A stretch of 64,000 nucleotides of DNA from Eledone cirrhosa (taxonomy: Eukaryota), in NCBI GenBank assembly GCA_964016885.1, contig OZ024742.1, forward strand, positions 226,114,001-226,178,000. Reading direction: 5' to 3'. The translations under genes were made by a program, and so were the position numbers. This document shows, piece after piece, positions 13,031 through 28,458 of the stretch. The notes beneath the pieces were generated by a model that saw nothing but the letters and a program-made list of their open reading frames with translations, ran no database searches and was not told the DNA's origin. Each line of letters opens with the position of its first letter. Position 1 is the stretch's first letter.

Positions 13031-13521
13031 AACCGCCATAACAAGGAAAATAGACGTTAAATGATGATGATATTGATCCATTCTTCGTAGATATATCCAC
13101 TATTGTAAATATACACCATATAGGTGATCTATACAATAAACACACATAGTACACTCTGTAAAGTAGTTGGTGATATGAAAAGCATCCAGCTGTCAAAAAC
13201 TTGCCAAACAAAGGTGTTTGGAAGACTCTTCTATGTCAAAGACATGACAACCTCCTGGTGCTGGAACTGTTATGCACAACAACAATTTAAACATTTAATG
13301 ATGAAAAATAAAATAATGAAATTAATCAAAATATGTTGGAATCATACCATCATCTTTTAAAGTTTGCTTTCCCTGCTAACAAGGAACCATTTTTAAAAAA
13401 GAAAAGTGTTATGAAGCGTTTCAAGGTTCCATTCTTCACAATTTGACTTTCAGTTGCACCAGTGAACAAAATATACATACATGGACGGTTACACATGCAC
13501 ACACAAACACACTTTATATAC

Positions 13522-13868
13522 AAAGGGTATTGGTAAAGACTCCCTTCAATCACGAATGACTATGGAATTTGTACCTAGAAAGTTCCCCTCCGAGGCAGGA
13601 GTTGAGCAAGGTGGCTTGTGGAAGACCAGCAGTCACCCATGCATACCAGCTTCTCCTCTCCGTGCCACCGATGTGGCAATGAGAAAGACAATGTCCAATA
13701 CAACTTGGCACCAGTGACATCAGAACTCATTTCTACAGCTAAGTGAACTGAAGCAACGTGAAATAAAGTGTCTTGCTCAAGAACACAACACAAAGCCTGG
13801 TCTGAGAATTGGACTCTAAACCTCATGATTGTAAGCCTGACAATCTAACCACCAAGCCATGTGTCTTC
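13522..13868 (-). mobile_element. tRNA-derived SINE
   Basis: Head tggcttggtggttaga...ttcttgagcaagacactt, then a conserved SINE body. Confidence 0.7.
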
Positions 13869-14369
13869 AACCCTTACATATATATATAAATTGGTAAAGA
13901 TATTCAAAGTATAATAGAGCAACTCAAGTCCATAGGGCAAGTTTTAATATAATTATTAAGGCCAGTTACTACAACACACACACATATGCATACACACACA
14001 AATGCATGCAAATAATATACATTTACACATACAAACAAATAAAATTATTTTTTTTTATGGGTAAATTAAATTTAGAACACTAACAGCAAAAATAAATATA
14101 CTAGATTTTATGTTTACTTTCCATTTTCCATGTAGACATGGGTTATCAAAGTCCAAATCAGTTTTTACCAGCATTACTGTCTTCCTAGACAAGTCAAAGG
14201 ACCGTGTCTCACTCATACGTTCCATTTCAAGCAGAGTCTCTCTGGATGGATGCCCTTCCTAACACCAGCCATTGTTAAAAAACAACTGTTTTTAAATTAT
14301 AAGTTTTGCTGTGAAAAAAGAACAAGTGTTAACACACTGTCTATTCTCTTTGTACACAGAAAACAGGAG

Positions 14370-14410
14370 ATTTACATGTTTCACAGCTAGTTGGCTGTTC
14401 ACCAGAAGAC
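14370..14410 (-). ncRNA. Degenerate minimal hammerhead ribozyme
   Basis: CTGGTGA-ACAGC caacta GCTGT-GAAA-CATG-TA. Stem II is a perfect 5 bp and stem III is palindromic. The core has A6>G and stem I is poor. Confidence 0.45.
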
Positions 14411-17400
14411 AAGTTGCTTTATCCTTCAGTCTATGAAAAGAACTTATAGCAATCACTATTTACATAAAACATAAACCAGAACTTGACAATTATGACAACA
14501 TAATTGAATAATGAATAATGAATATTTATCAACAACACAGCATATATTAGAAAATCTAAGATAAATTCATTGTAGGTTACTAGAACATTTTTAATTTTAA
14601 ATGTTTATTTAAACCTTTCATTACCATTCCTGATAATATATACTGCTTATATTTTCAAATTAATCTTTAAAATATTTTTTTTAAATAGAGAGATTTAGGC
14701 AAATATTCTAATGTAAAATTATGATGAGCAGCTACAATTTAAATATGAACATTTTAAAATGGGAGGTTTTGTATAATAAACTTGAGGCAGTTTTGAGCAG
14801 GTTGGAATCAAAAGAGTTAATAGATAAAGAGTGATGAGAAGTGAAGGAAGAGAAAACAAGAGGATTTTCAGAAAAGATGATATTTGTGGATGGAACAACC
14901 ACCTTGATATAATGTTTTAAAAGTAGAAGGTTGTTTATTAGACAATAGGTGTTATAATTCAGAGATGACCAAATTAGTGAGAGGTCAGAGTGGAAACAGT
15001 ATTTTAATTGTGTAAAGATGTAACAGAAGAGTCTAAAATACTTATCCAGGGAATATCAAAGAAATCAGGATTCTTCCAGAGAAAAGTATACTTAGTAAAA
15101 GTTGGAATGGAAACTTTCCTTTCCAACACTGATGTGTATCGTTGACTAATGTTTAATCAGGGAGGAAAGGGCAGTGTTCATAACCCTTTTTCAGGGACTC
15201 TTGAGACTGTTAGATGGGAGGAAGGTATCTTCAAACTGGAGACCTGGACTTAATGCTTTCAACTGAGTGGACTTCACTAAAGACATTCAATGACCAGGGA
15301 GTTGTGTTAAACTGGGCAACAGATTAAGTCTAACATCCAAGAAGGCTGTGGCAGGATGTGAACTGAAAACACAAAGTGCTGGAAGAAATACAGGAAGGTA
15401 ATAATAATAATTCCAGCAAACCACCTTCTTGAACTGGTCCATGCCATGCCATAGGCTCTGAACTACTCATAGGTTTGTAAGAGTGTCATTTTAAATCTGG
15501 TGGAGCCCATCCCTCTCCATTCCTAAACTGGTACTTTATTTTATTGAGCTCAAAATGATGACCTTGATAAAATTTGAACTGAGAGTGTAGAGGATATAAA
15601 GTCAAAATGCAGGGGAAGAAGCCAAGAAAAACTATCAAAGAACATGGTTCATTTGGAAGTTTAGACATAGACTGTTCCATTCCATAAAGAAATATGGAAG
15701 TTATTTATCCAAAATTTAAATATCTGTACTTCACTTTGTTGATTTAGAAAAACCAATGATACATACAGTGAAGAATTTGAGGTGGTAGTAGGTGTTCACT
15801 AAGGCTCCATTCTGGGCCCTTTACTCTTCATATTGCTTCTGTCAAACCCTTAACCAGAGATTTCAGGATCAGGTAAAAACTTCTATAAGAGGATGGCTTG
15901 TGTCCCAAGGCTGAAATAATGAAGAGTAACAGGAAAAGCTTGAGACCTAGAATCATGGGCTGGGGTCAAAGAGGCTCATGTTGGACTTGACAAATATTAA
16001 TGTACTTAGTTTGCTTTTCATCATTTTTCTACATCTGTTTAATCTTTTCATTACCATATTTCTAATAAAACACACTGCCTGTAAAGTGGTAGTTCTTCTG
16101 TCATGATACAATGAACCCAGTATACTCTGTAAGGTGGTCAACATGAGGAAAGACATCCAGCTGTAGGAACCATATCAAAATATGGAACATATGAACAAGA
16201 CATGGTCTCTGACTCATCTTGTCTCAGACCACGACAACCTGTCCAATCCACACAAACATTGAAAGGAGGCATAAATTAATGATGATGATCTTCATAGAGT
16301 ATTTATGTGTGTGCATGGATGAATAGTTAAAACATTTGCTTCGCAATCATAAGGTACCAACATCGATCCATCGTAGGCAAGTGTTTTTTTACAACAGCTT
16401 CAGGTTGACCCAAGCCTCGTAAGTAAAATTGGATAGATGGAAACTGAATTTGCATCTGTAATTCAAAAGTCAAGTTTTCTCATATATTGCACCATGCTGA
16501 TTCTGCCTGAGAATTATTTTAAGGGTACATGTGTTTGTCGAATAATCAACTACTTTTTTATTTCACAAGCTGGGCATTCAGTTGAACAACTGAATGGTCA
16601 TCATTGAAACCAATGGAGGATCTATCATATCAAAAAGGAAGAGAAGCTCATGTTGGATTTGACAAATACTACTACAGCCATCACATGCAACCAAGTATGA
16701 TTTGGTAGTATGGACCATGCTTTTGCTAAAGGATTTAGGAGCCTGTGCAGTAGCATGCAGATACAGACACCTTTGGAAGCCTCCCTCCTTGATCCAGCAT
16801 GTGACAGCTAGCAGGGGAGAGGACTGAACCAGCATTGGGCAGGTATTATATCAACCTTGAAAGGATGAAAGGTAAAGTGGACCTTAGCAGGTTTAGAACT
16901 TAAAATGCAGAGACCTGGAACAAAGTGGACTTCAATACTCTAATGATTCCGGGAGATTGACTGCTGGGATTTGACAAATAAACATTAGTAGAATTATAGG
17001 GTATTTTGGTGAAGAAGATAGAAAGGAAGTGTGTAGAAATATGTAACTATTATATCAATTCTCATTCTAGATATAGTAAATAGAGAGTACTGCTAACTAG
17101 TCCACTGAAAACCTGAAATATGTAGCCATCACATCTCTTTTCTCATTCCAGATATGGTAAATACAAGGTACTAGTAAAAATGTTATATATCCCATAATTG
17201 TATTTTTGTACATTAACGACCAATTTAAGTGAAAGCACACAGTTTGGTGGTTTAGGGCGTTGGTCTCATGATCATAACGCACTTCATTTCATGTTGCTCC
17301 AGTTCACTCAAGTGAAACAAATGCATACCAGTAGTTGGAGGTTAACTTTGCAATGGACTGGTGTTCTGTCCTAAGAGGGAAGTCTTATGCTTTCAGTCAC

Positions 17401-18181
17401 CTAACACTGCAACACACCAGGATAAGCTCAAGGCTTCATCCAACCTGTTAGGGAGAGCATCCAGCAATAGAAACCATGCTCCAAATCGAATGTCTGAGTA
17501 ATACGTGGTTCTCCAGCCTGTCTACTTTTAAACTGTAACAACCACTTCAACCCATGCCAGCAGATATATTATGGTGATGATGATGATACCAATGTATATA
17601 TTTACTGATTGCCTTGTCTCAAATGTACTGAATTTACACACGGAAAATAAATGAATATTCTATTACAGTTAGGCAGACTAAGAAGATGATAACCACACTA
17701 ACTAACATTTCAACATATTTCAACAGAACATGTTTGATTTTTAGATTTTATTTCTAGGTTGAAGTATTTCCCAACAGCATAATAATGGCCAGGTAATCTA
17801 CATATGGGTGTTCTCAGAGGCAAGGCCAGGTAAGCTACATTACAGGTGTTCCCTGTGGGAGCTTCAACAGTGTGAAAAGTAACAAAATGTATAAGTTTCA
17901 TTAATATATCCAACATTTATATGTTTCTACTTCTATAATTGCTTAACATTGTTGACACCAACATGACTAAAACCAGTCCTGATTCTATGATACAAATTCA
18001 TTAGAGTAAAAATGTTCATATTCAAATTTGAAATATTGTTATAATTTTATGTGAAAATCTGTTATTAAATTATGCACCAAACACTGGCATAATGTACCAA
18101 TTAGTCAAAAAGATATTTTACTAAATCCCTTTAAATTATTGCCTTGAAAATTAACTGGAACCTATAACTGTATTTATTTAA

Positions 18182-18387
18182 CCCATTAGCATTTACATTA
18201 CTCTATATTTACTATTATATTTTCACAGTAAAGCTTTACCTCACATAATACTGCATCTACGAGATTTAGATATTATTTATTTTGAGAACAATACCTTAAT
18301 GTAGGTATGAGAATCAGTTACAGCTGGTTTCAACAGAAAGAGGTAAGAGAATTCTAGTTGGATATGGCCGGTTTAAATGCTAAAGGG
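18182..18387. mobile_element. piggyBac-type MITE
   Basis: TTAA on both sides; TIRs CCCATTAGCATTTA / TAAATGCTAAAGGG (13/14 match). Confidence 0.85.
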
Positions 18388-19857
18388 TTAAGGAATACAT
18401 AAATATATAAATTACTTAATCCACATCATCATCGTCACTGATAGTTAATTAGCAGAGCCATTAGAGCATCAGAGTAAATGCCTCACAGTATTTGTTTTGG
18501 CTCTCAGCATTCTCAGTAAAATTCTGCTGAGGCCAACTTTGGTATTCATCCTTTCAGGGTTGATAAATAAAGTATCAGTCAAGGGCAGCAAATTAGTGAT
18601 ACTGGCAGAGCATCAAACATAATACCTTGCAGTGTTCTGATTTCACCTATTACATCACTGGTATCAAAACGGTCGACTGTCTGATGCCTGTGTGAGAAGT
18701 GTAATGCTGAATGACAGCAGGATATGGGCAGTGAATGCAGAGAATATGCAAAAGCTGGAGAGAAATTATCAAGCATGCTCCATTAGATGTATAATGTTAA
18801 GGTGCATGAACAACAAAGCACAAATGAAGTGAGAAAAAAATGATTTCAGTTTGAAAGACTGCAACTAGTAGAGATAATGAAATTCTGTGAATTGAGTTTG
18901 ACCTCCAGGCCAAGCATCTACTGATTAAGGTCAACAAAACCCAACAGCATTACTTTCATTATAGATAAATCTATAATATTAACCCCTTTATTACCATATT
19001 TCTAATGAAAGACACTATTATTTGCAAATCATTTTGATAATAATCAAGAATTTCATTATTAAGCTGGTGTTTAGAACATAATATATATGTTTTAACACTT
19101 TTATTATCATATCTCTAATGAAAGATACTATCATTTAAAAATAATTTTGAAAATCATAAATAATTTGGATGGACTTAGTAACTAACTTTCTCATCATTAA
19201 GCTGCTATTTGGAACATAACCTAACCAAGTGGTAGTGCTGGTGCAATGATAAAATACACTCAGTACACTTTGTAAAGTTGTAGAGTTGGTATCATGACAA
19301 AATACACCTAGTACACTCTGTAAATTGCTAATGCTGCTGCCATAATACACATCCAGCACACCATAAAGTAGTTGGTATTAGGAAGGCCATCCAGCCATAG
19401 AATCTATGCCCAAAATGGAATGTATAAATAAAACCTAGTCTTTTAATTTGTCTAATGTAGGAGTGTAACAACCTGTCTAACCCATGCCAACATAGAAAAC
19501 AGATGTAGGACAGTAATAATTGTTTCTACTTTGGCACAAGGCCAGCAATTATCCCAGTGCATTACTGGTACTTTATTTTATCAACCCCGTAAGGATGAAA
19601 GGCAAAGTTAACCTTGGCGAGATTTGAACTCAGATCATAAAGGGCCGTAACTCTTTGCGGCAAAGCATGGCGTCCGACCCTCTATGATACTGCCAATCCA
19701 CTGCCCTTGTAGACCAATAATAATGATGATGATAGTCCGACTATCTGTCTATGACCCACACTTTTACATTACCACAGTAGTCCAGCAGTGATTGTTTCAT
19801 TACATATAACATACCTATGTATACAGTCTTAATTAAACTAGCAATTATGCATGCTAT

Positions 19858-19902
<45 letters not shown>

Positions 19903-20520
19903 GGAGAGGAGAGAGAAAGAAAGAAAGAGGGAGAGAGAGAAAGAGAAAGGTTATTTCAATAATCCTCTTAACGAGAATTGGCTATAATTAGACTTAAAAG
20001 TATAATCTGTATTACTGTTACTAAGTTGGTTTGAAAAATAAATACATAAGTTTCATTTCCATTTAAACTTTAATGAAGACAAAATGAAATACCAGCTTAC
20101 TAACACTCCCTCTCCTTCTCACACTTTTATCTCTTTCTGAATTAGTGTATGTAGGTATGTGTGTGTGTGTATGCAACTATGTATGTGTGTGTGTGCGTGC
20201 GCGCACACGTGTCTACATATGTGTGACCATTTATCTATATGTATTTATTGAATATCATCATAATTGTTTTTAAACGAGAATTTCTATACTAGCATGGGTT
20301 GGATGAAACTTTATGAGGCAGTTTTTCAATGGCTAGTTGCTCTTTCTTGAACCCAACCTATATTTGATTTTAAAAGGTTTGAGGGCCAGTAGAAGAAGAC
20401 AGTAGGTAACCCATTTTATCATGGCAATAACACTAGAGTCTTCTCTACTTTACATTGACTCCATTCAATTGTTAACCACTTTATATGGTGTACAGGGTAC
20501 ATTTTATCATGGCACCAACA

Positions 20521-20555
<35 letters not shown>

Positions 20556-21325
20556 CCATCATTTAATGTCCATTTTTCATGCATGCATGAGTCAGACTGG
20601 TTGTTACGTTATGAGACAAGTCAGGTTAGGAGACGGCTTGGTTTGTCATATGTTTATATCTTATATCATTTCAACAATTCATTTAATTACAACACAGATA
20701 ATTCTGTAATAAAAAACATGAGTGACATCATATTTAGAGACTCTATTCCACATACCCACTAAGATGATTCTTTTTATTACTCTAAAAAGGAAAGGAACCA
20801 ACCATTAGATCAAACCAAGGAAACTGTGTCTCCATTCGTCTTTCCATTGCTGTCAGTCACAACTCCTGGTAAAAAGGAACATTGTGAAATAAGGTATATT
20901 GCTCAAGGACACAATGTGTCAACCAGTCCAGGAATCAAACCCATGATCAGGAGTCCAGCATCCTAATCACTAGACCAAAGGCCTTCTTACTCAAATTGTC
21001 AAATATTTGATGGCACAACAGACATCAATTAGGATGTTATAATTAATTGTTTCTACTTTAGGCACAAGGCCAGCAATTACCCAGTGCATTACTGGTACTT
21101 TATTTTATCGACCCCGTAAGGATGAAAGGCAAAGTCAACCTCGGCGGGATTTGAACTCAGATCGTAAAGGGACGTAACTATGCTGGAAAGCATTGCGTCC
21201 GACCCTCTACCGATACTGCCAATTAATCCAGCATTTATAAAATCATTTTTTAAAATATTTTTTTAATAACAACATAGTATTAAGATAAACTATTAGCTTT
21301 ATTGTCTCCAATAAATTAAAATGTA

Positions 21326-21803
21326 CTAGCAGAAAAACCACCTTTTGGGTGGTTTTCTGCTAGCACTTGTAGTGTGCATATTATACGCAAGTATATATGC
21401 ATGTAGATATGATACATCAAATTAAATCGTAATTGACAATATACACAGAAATTGAACGAAGACTGCGTTACACTGTCTTATGTAATCAGTAATGTAATCC
21501 ATGATACATTAAAAAAAGACGATATTATGTATAAACTGCATTAGGAGAAAATTAGTGACAGAAATATATGAATATTTAAGCGATTGCTAACCGGAAGTGT
21601 TGACATTTGAAAATTTTAAAGAAGTGAATCTTAAAATAAACAACAAAATTATTTATATTTGATCAAGAATAACGAAATTTAGTAGATAAATTATGTAATA
21701 TTCATTCATTATTTATTCAAAGTAATCCAACTTATTTTACAAACGGGATAAAAAAATATATTCTGGACATAGCCCCGCACTCCTTACTTTATTATAGTTT
21801 AGA
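21326..21803 (-). mobile_element. Non-autonomous Helitron
   Basis: 5' TCTAAACTATAATAAAG, 3' CTAG, inserted between A and T. A GC-containing hairpin (gcagaaaaaccacc/ggtggttttctgc) lies at the 3' end. Confidence 0.65.
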
Positions 21804-23824
21804 TTCATCCCTAACTCTTTCTTTCTTTCTTACTCTCTCTCTCTCTGACACACACACCATCATCATTTTATGTCAGTTTCATTTTCTATATTTACAAGGA
21901 ATAGATGAGATCTTTTCTGGCAGGTTTTTCTATAGTTAGATGCCTTTCCTGATACCAACACAAACCCTATTCCAAGTATGGTATATGTCGCTAATATTTT
22001 ATTGAACTGCTACACTACACAGTGTGACATAAACATCTGCCATCACAAGCTTATAATGGTATTGATATGAAGTTCATGGCAACTGGCATACACACATAGG
22101 GAGGCTTCCTTACAGCTTCTGGCTACTAATTCAATGACAAAGCGTTGAACGGCTCAAGGAGACACTTGCCCAAAATGCCACAGAATGGGACTGACCCTGA
22201 AACAAATGGTGTGAAAAGTGAGCTTCTTACCACACAACTATAAAGATAAATATTTATTGACAAAAGACCAAAGGACTGTAAGCTGTAAAAGTATATGATA
22301 TATATTGAAGATATCAGAGTTATGTAAAGATGTGTCAAGTGTTCCAAGTAGACTTGGAGTGATAATGACTGACCACAAGAGGTTAAAGTTCAAGATAGAG
22401 ATAAAGGACCAAAACAAGTGGTAAAATTATGTGATGGAGAAAACCCATTCAACTCATACTAGCAAGATAAATGGACGTAAAAAATGATAGGGGAACTGCC
22501 AAATATGAAAATGTTCTCTGAAATTTGCATCATTGGAAAGTACTTATTTTACTTAATTCTATCCACTCCCTATGGAGCATTGGGCAGTTAGAGATTTCCA
22601 CTCATCATGGTTTAAGTGTTGTTACAAATCTGCTCTTGGGCCAAGCCCATGCCTACAAGGTCCTCCACCACAGACTTCAACTAGGTCTTGACATGTCTGT
22701 CTTGCCTTCTACACCTCCTTCTGTCTTCTACTTCAATGAGACCTTTGATGGTCTCTTCATGGATATGTGCAGCATATAGCGAAACATTTGTCATCTTGCA
22801 GTAATGGTACCTCGTAAATTACTCAGTTAGGCCCTTTTCATGACTTCTTCATTCATGAGGAAAGTTATAATATATATGATGATGATGATGATGATATATA
22901 ATTTATTATGTTATAATAAATATAGTCAATCCTATAATGTATTGAGTATTCTCATTTTTGTTCATTAAACCACTTAATCAAATGGAGACTACATAGGATA
23001 GAAATGAGTCTTTTGTCTTGTTCAGAACATAACTTCTGTGCTGGTACAGTGATAATATCTAGTCAGTACACTCTGTAAAGTGGTTGATGTTAGGATGGGC
23101 ATCCAGCTGTAAAAACAATGCCAAGAATTGAATTATGAGGGAAAGTTTTAAATTATTTGCACTCGTGTTTTTTTTCAATTTATTTACACAAAAGCAAGGG
23201 TTAAACAAGTACATCATTTTTTACATAGTCTCCTTCCTTTTCAATGCATTTGGTCCAGTGGTTCACAAGCTTGCTTATTCCCTCCAAGAAGGTTTTCGGT
23301 TGGTCATGCAGTCATTTATCCACTGCTTTACTTTGCTGGTTCGATATTACTATCTCTTGAATATATGAGATAGCATGGAAAATGGACGTTAAACAATGAT
23401 GATGATGATATATATATTTAGAAAGTCGCAGCCCAACAGCTGAGCTCTTGCCATTTTGACAGCTAATTCCAGACTGTTGACAAAATTACTTGCAGTGGAT
23501 TGGCCATCTGAACAGAGACAAGTTATAGGTGATTGAAGTGCCTGTAAAATGATAATCTGTCCATATAAGGGTATAAGCTATCCATATAAGAGTAAAGGTT
23601 CTTTATAGGTTGTTAAAGAAAAATTTTAATATTTTATATATTTTTTCCGGGAGTGGTTGTGTGTGACTATGCAAGCATGTGCGTGTGTGTGTATGTTTCA
23701 TTACTTATGTGGGGATGGCTAAGAAAAACTGTGGCATTGTAGTGGTGAGGAAAGAATTTGGTTGAGTTGAGGAATTGTCAAGGGGTAGTGGAATGTAGTT
23801 ATCGCCTTAATTCATTTGGGGGAG

Positions 23825-23897
<73 letters not shown>

Positions 23898-24699
23898 ATG
23901 CATAGAGTTTGCCACCTCTGTGTTTGGGGTGGGTCAGAGAATTTAGCCAGTTTAATTGCAGCCAGGAAACCAGCATTGACACCACCAAAAATCGCTAACA
24001 TTCACAGACCAAAAACCATACAGTCATGCACAAGCATGTTTTATATATCCTGTCAAGAAAAGAACCTTTTTTTTAGTTTTCTCCTAAGATCACTGATCAG
24101 CTTGTCAGTATTATGATTGTTGTTGTTTCAAGTGCGCTTTTTGTTACAATTATGCCTGTTGTATTTGTTGTGTTAAAACTTATTTTTACCTTATGGCCAT
24201 ATGTGTATATTTTTATATTTTAATTTAGAAGAGTTCTAGTGCTAGGGAGTTGGCATGCGCGTGTGTGGAAATGTTGTGGGTGCATATGTGGCACTTAATC
24301 CTGACATATATATATCATCATCATCATCATCGTTTAACGTCCATCTTCCATGCTAGCATGGGTTAGACGGCTTTGTTCCATTTGATGCCGGATTGGTACG
24401 GAAGTGTCTCTGGCAGGTTTTCTTTGGTGGGATGCCCTTCTTAACACCAACCACATTTACAGTGTGGACTGGAAGCCTTTTTACCATGTCTCCTACTCGA
24501 CCACTTTACAATGTTGACTCGGTGCTTTTTGTTGTGTCACCGACACAGTGGATGATAAGTTGATATGTAAGGCTGTTAATGCAACATATGGAATTTGAAT
24601 TGGATTAGCGGTTCTAGATGTGCTCACTTACATATTAATGAAACATGTGTCAGTTATATAATAAATATTGCAAAATTGGTGTATTCATGTAATTTATTA

Positions 24700-24732
<33 letters not shown>

Positions 24733-24856
24733 GGAACCAGTAAGACCCCAGGAGTCTTACTGGTTCCTATTACCCACTCTACTACCCTAAGTATTGAGTA
24801 CTTTGGTGCGTTATGGTCCACCTGGTTCCTTACCACATTTCCTTTGTTATATATAT

Positions 24857-24911
<55 letters not shown>

Positions 24912-24938
24912 AGTGTATGTGTGTGTGTATATATAAAC

Positions 24939-25108
24939 AGTGAAATTCTGTTATAACAAAATTTATGGGGTATAAAAATAAATTTGTCGTAACGAAAAAT
25001 TCTTTATAACGAAATCGACCTAACATATTGAACGTGTGGGCGGGATTGAAAATAATTTCATTATACTGAAAAATTTGTTATAATGGTATTCGTTATAACA
25101 GAATTTTA

Positions 25109-25110
<2 letters not shown>
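24939..25110. mobile_element. pogo/Tigger-like MITE in (TA)n
   Basis: TIRs cagtgaaattctgttataac / gttataacagaattttacct, with internal ttataacgaa subrepeats. Confidence 0.7.
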
Positions 25111-25159
<49 letters not shown>

Positions 25160-26164
25160 TTCAATTTAGGTGAAAAACTAAACATTTTATAGTTCAAATA
25201 AATCACTTTAATTTCTACAACCATTTTAATTTCTCAAAATATAATTGCAAACATTAATAACAATTTGCAGATTAATTAATTAATTTCAACAAATATTTCA
25301 ATCACATTTCACAAATCTTCTTAGGAAATTTTAGATTTAGGGAATAAATGTCTCAATTACCAGGTAGGCATGTGATAATAAGCAAATTACAGACATACAG
25401 TGAACTGAAGTTTTAAAACCAAATGTGAGAGATACTTATGTATCTGCGAAATGCATCAATGTTTAGCCTCATGCAATGTAATTTAAGTAACAAAAAAGTC
25501 TAATGTGTAGAGGATATAAGTCCATATGCAATAATTACTGTTCATATATGCAAATAGAAGTATAATAAACTTACAGAATGTTAACATGCCATAGTGCATT
25601 CATTTGAACGTATCACACACCTTTTTCAAATACTGCTTAACAGCGGTATTTGACTAGACACCGTCTATGGTAATGCAATGTTATTATGGTTGGTATATGA
25701 AAAGACATCTGAATCTTCAATATTCAGTGTTCAATCACAAACTCAACTAATGCATGTTTATATACTGTAAGTTAGATGGTGACCCTCTATATCAGTGCAC
25801 ACTAGGTCATATAAGAGTTAATAAACTTATCTATGTATTTTAGTGTGAAATAAAACCCTGTGTAGATCTCCATATAGTTAAAGAAACTTAAGTGGTGTTA
25901 ATTCTAATACTAATGCCATAGGAATCAATTATCAAATGTAATAGAAATGTGTTGCGTGTTAAGAATATGGGTGGGTCAGAGTGACAATGTAAAGATCCTG
26001 AAATAATTTTTAATTTTATATTAATTGTTTATTAAGTAGGGTCACAATTTAAGAAAAGGAATTCCTGTGTGGGCATGTTGAAACTATTTCAGATTTCCTA
26101 GTCAATAAATTTAGATTAGACTTAGTTATTAAGAGGCACTCAGATAAGCACAAATTACATTTTA

Positions 26165-26726
26165 CTAGCTGATATACCTAGCTTCACCCGGGTAAACAGA
26201 TGATAAGAGAAGACAGATAGAAAAGAAAACGACTGTATTGGATGCATTGTCTGGTTTACTGTATGAAGCAAGACTGTGGTGTGTGTATGAAAAAAAAAAA
26301 AGCGAGGAGGGTCTTTCAGATACACCAGATTCTTCGTTTTACTCTTTATGCATAGTATATAAAGATTTCTAGGTGATCCCACTCATGAAATACCTACATA
26401 TAACTATACATTGGTAAAAAATGATTCTCTTGTATTCAATTCTACAACTTTGAAACTCTGAGCCTGAGCTTTATTTATGATAATAGCAAAACTGGCTCTA
26501 AGAGGGAACTGAAGTCTTGAGAATTTGAAAGCCAGCTCGGTAGAAGGGAGAAGAAGAATCTTGGGAATAAATGCATTTTCTCCTTGAAGATTACCTCCAA
26601 GAATAGTGACCTCTAGGAGATGGTTCATCTTCTGCCTGAGTAAAACGTGAGTCATTGCATAGACGTAGTTAGTCCACGTTTCTCAAAAGGATGATGGAAC
26701 TTTCAATCCTTTATATTATATATAGA
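26165..26726 (-). mobile_element. Internally deleted Helitron retaining a Pif1-type helicase fragment
   Basis: 5' TCTATATATAAT and 3' CTAG termini in A|T. The ORF 26404-26655 (IPKILLLPS...FKFSRLQFPLRASFAIIINKAQAQS) matches the Helitron helicase motif IPRI...RLQFPVRLAFAMTINKSQGQ. Confidence 0.85.
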
Positions 26727-27452
26727 TATAGATAATTATATATAGATGTAGATATAGATAATTATATAGATATAAATAATTATATATAAATGTGTGTGTA
26801 TGTGTGTATAAGTGTGCGCGTGTGCATATGTGTGTGTAAACCAGTGTTCAAATCAGAGACTCTGGCCACGAAACACAATCATCACTGACAAAGAATGCGC
26901 AGAGAGAAACCCTTACGGTTGATTCCCAACCTGTTAGAAATAGCATTCATGTTGGTTAGCATACACGGGATGTTTTTCTTCTTTGATGTTATAAAATTAG
27001 TATTAATAAACCTTCCTGGAATACCCTTATTCCATTGCTGTACTTACTTTTCGATTGTCAGTTTTCGTTTTTGTGTGATGCATGAAAGAACCAACCAACC
27101 AACAAACATCTCTCTTTTATATTATGTGTGAGTGTGTGTGTATGTGTGTGTGTGTTTATGTATGTATTATATATATATATATGCTAGCATGGAAGATAGA
27201 TGTTAAACGATGATGATGATGATGATGATATGTATGTATAGTAGTAATAAATAGGTAAAGCCTTTATACTAATACTGCAAATTTTCATTGACACAGGTTA
27301 AACAAGTTGATCCTCAGAGCTAACGAAACTACGTACCTGGTATGGCACCATTGTAGTAACTGGCCTTAATAATTATGTGTGTGTGTATGTATGTGTGTGT
27401 ATACATACACACACACATAATTATATGTATGTATGTGTGTGTGTGAGTGTGT

Positions 27453-27488
<36 letters not shown>

Positions 27489-27728
27489 GTGCGTGTGTGT
27501 GTGAGTGTGTGTTTATATATATATATATATGTGTGTGCATGTGTGTGTGAGTGTGTGTATATATATATATAATCAATTCAAAAGGAAAACCAAGGTGGTT
27601 ATTCAAATTCAATCATTTATTTCTACAATCGTTTCTATGAGGACAGATGTAGCACCAGTCCAAAGAATTAATTAATTGGTCGATCAATTAATTATTTATA
27701 TGGTACAAAAGCATCTTGCTTTCATTAA

Positions 27729-27766
<38 letters not shown>

Positions 27767-28309
27767 TTATATACAGTTGTCCCCTAGTATTACCCTCAGG
27801 GGTCACATTCCTAGAGCACCTGTGAAGAATGAAAAACTGCGAATATTGGACGTGGTGCATAAAAATGCTTAAAAGCATCAAAATATAACGTAAAATATAA
27901 TAAAAAAAGAGGGGGTGTCTTGTGCGAAGGGGTGTCCAATAGGCCAGCAAATACGGTATATTGTTATTAATAATTTAGTGTTAAAAACATATAAATTGTC
28001 ATGAAAAAAGCCATTAAAAAAATTTTTGAAGATATTTACAATTCCGTGAATATACGGTGGTTTCCACGAACAATTATTAGGTAGGTTCTAAGAAAAATTC
28101 TGCGAATAATCAGGACCACGAATGCCGGAGGTTTCAGATAGACACACTCCATCATCCATTTTTCTAAAAAAGTATATCATACACGAAATGCCAGCATCAA
28201 CAGTTTTCCAAGAGATGGCAACATGAATGGACCTGTTATTTTTCTCTAAAAATATTTTTTCCAATTCCGCCCTGCCCGTCTCTTCAATCTTTCTAATTTC
28301 TCATTCTTT

Positions 28310-28344
28310 CCTCTGATGAAGGACTAGCGTCCAAAACGTTAAGA
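28310..28344 (+). ncRNA. Minimal hammerhead relic (Penelope-type)
   Basis: CTGATGA-a-GGAC tagc GTCC-AAAA-CGTTA. GAAA>AAAA is consistent with CpG decay. Same family as 33369-33403(-). Confidence 0.55.
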
Positions 28345-28426
28345 CCCTCTTCCTGCTATTTCAAGCATTAAGCTAATATACTGTACCAATTGTGTTGTTA
28401 TTTCTGTTTACCTTTTACATACATAC

Positions 28427-28458
<32 letters not shown>

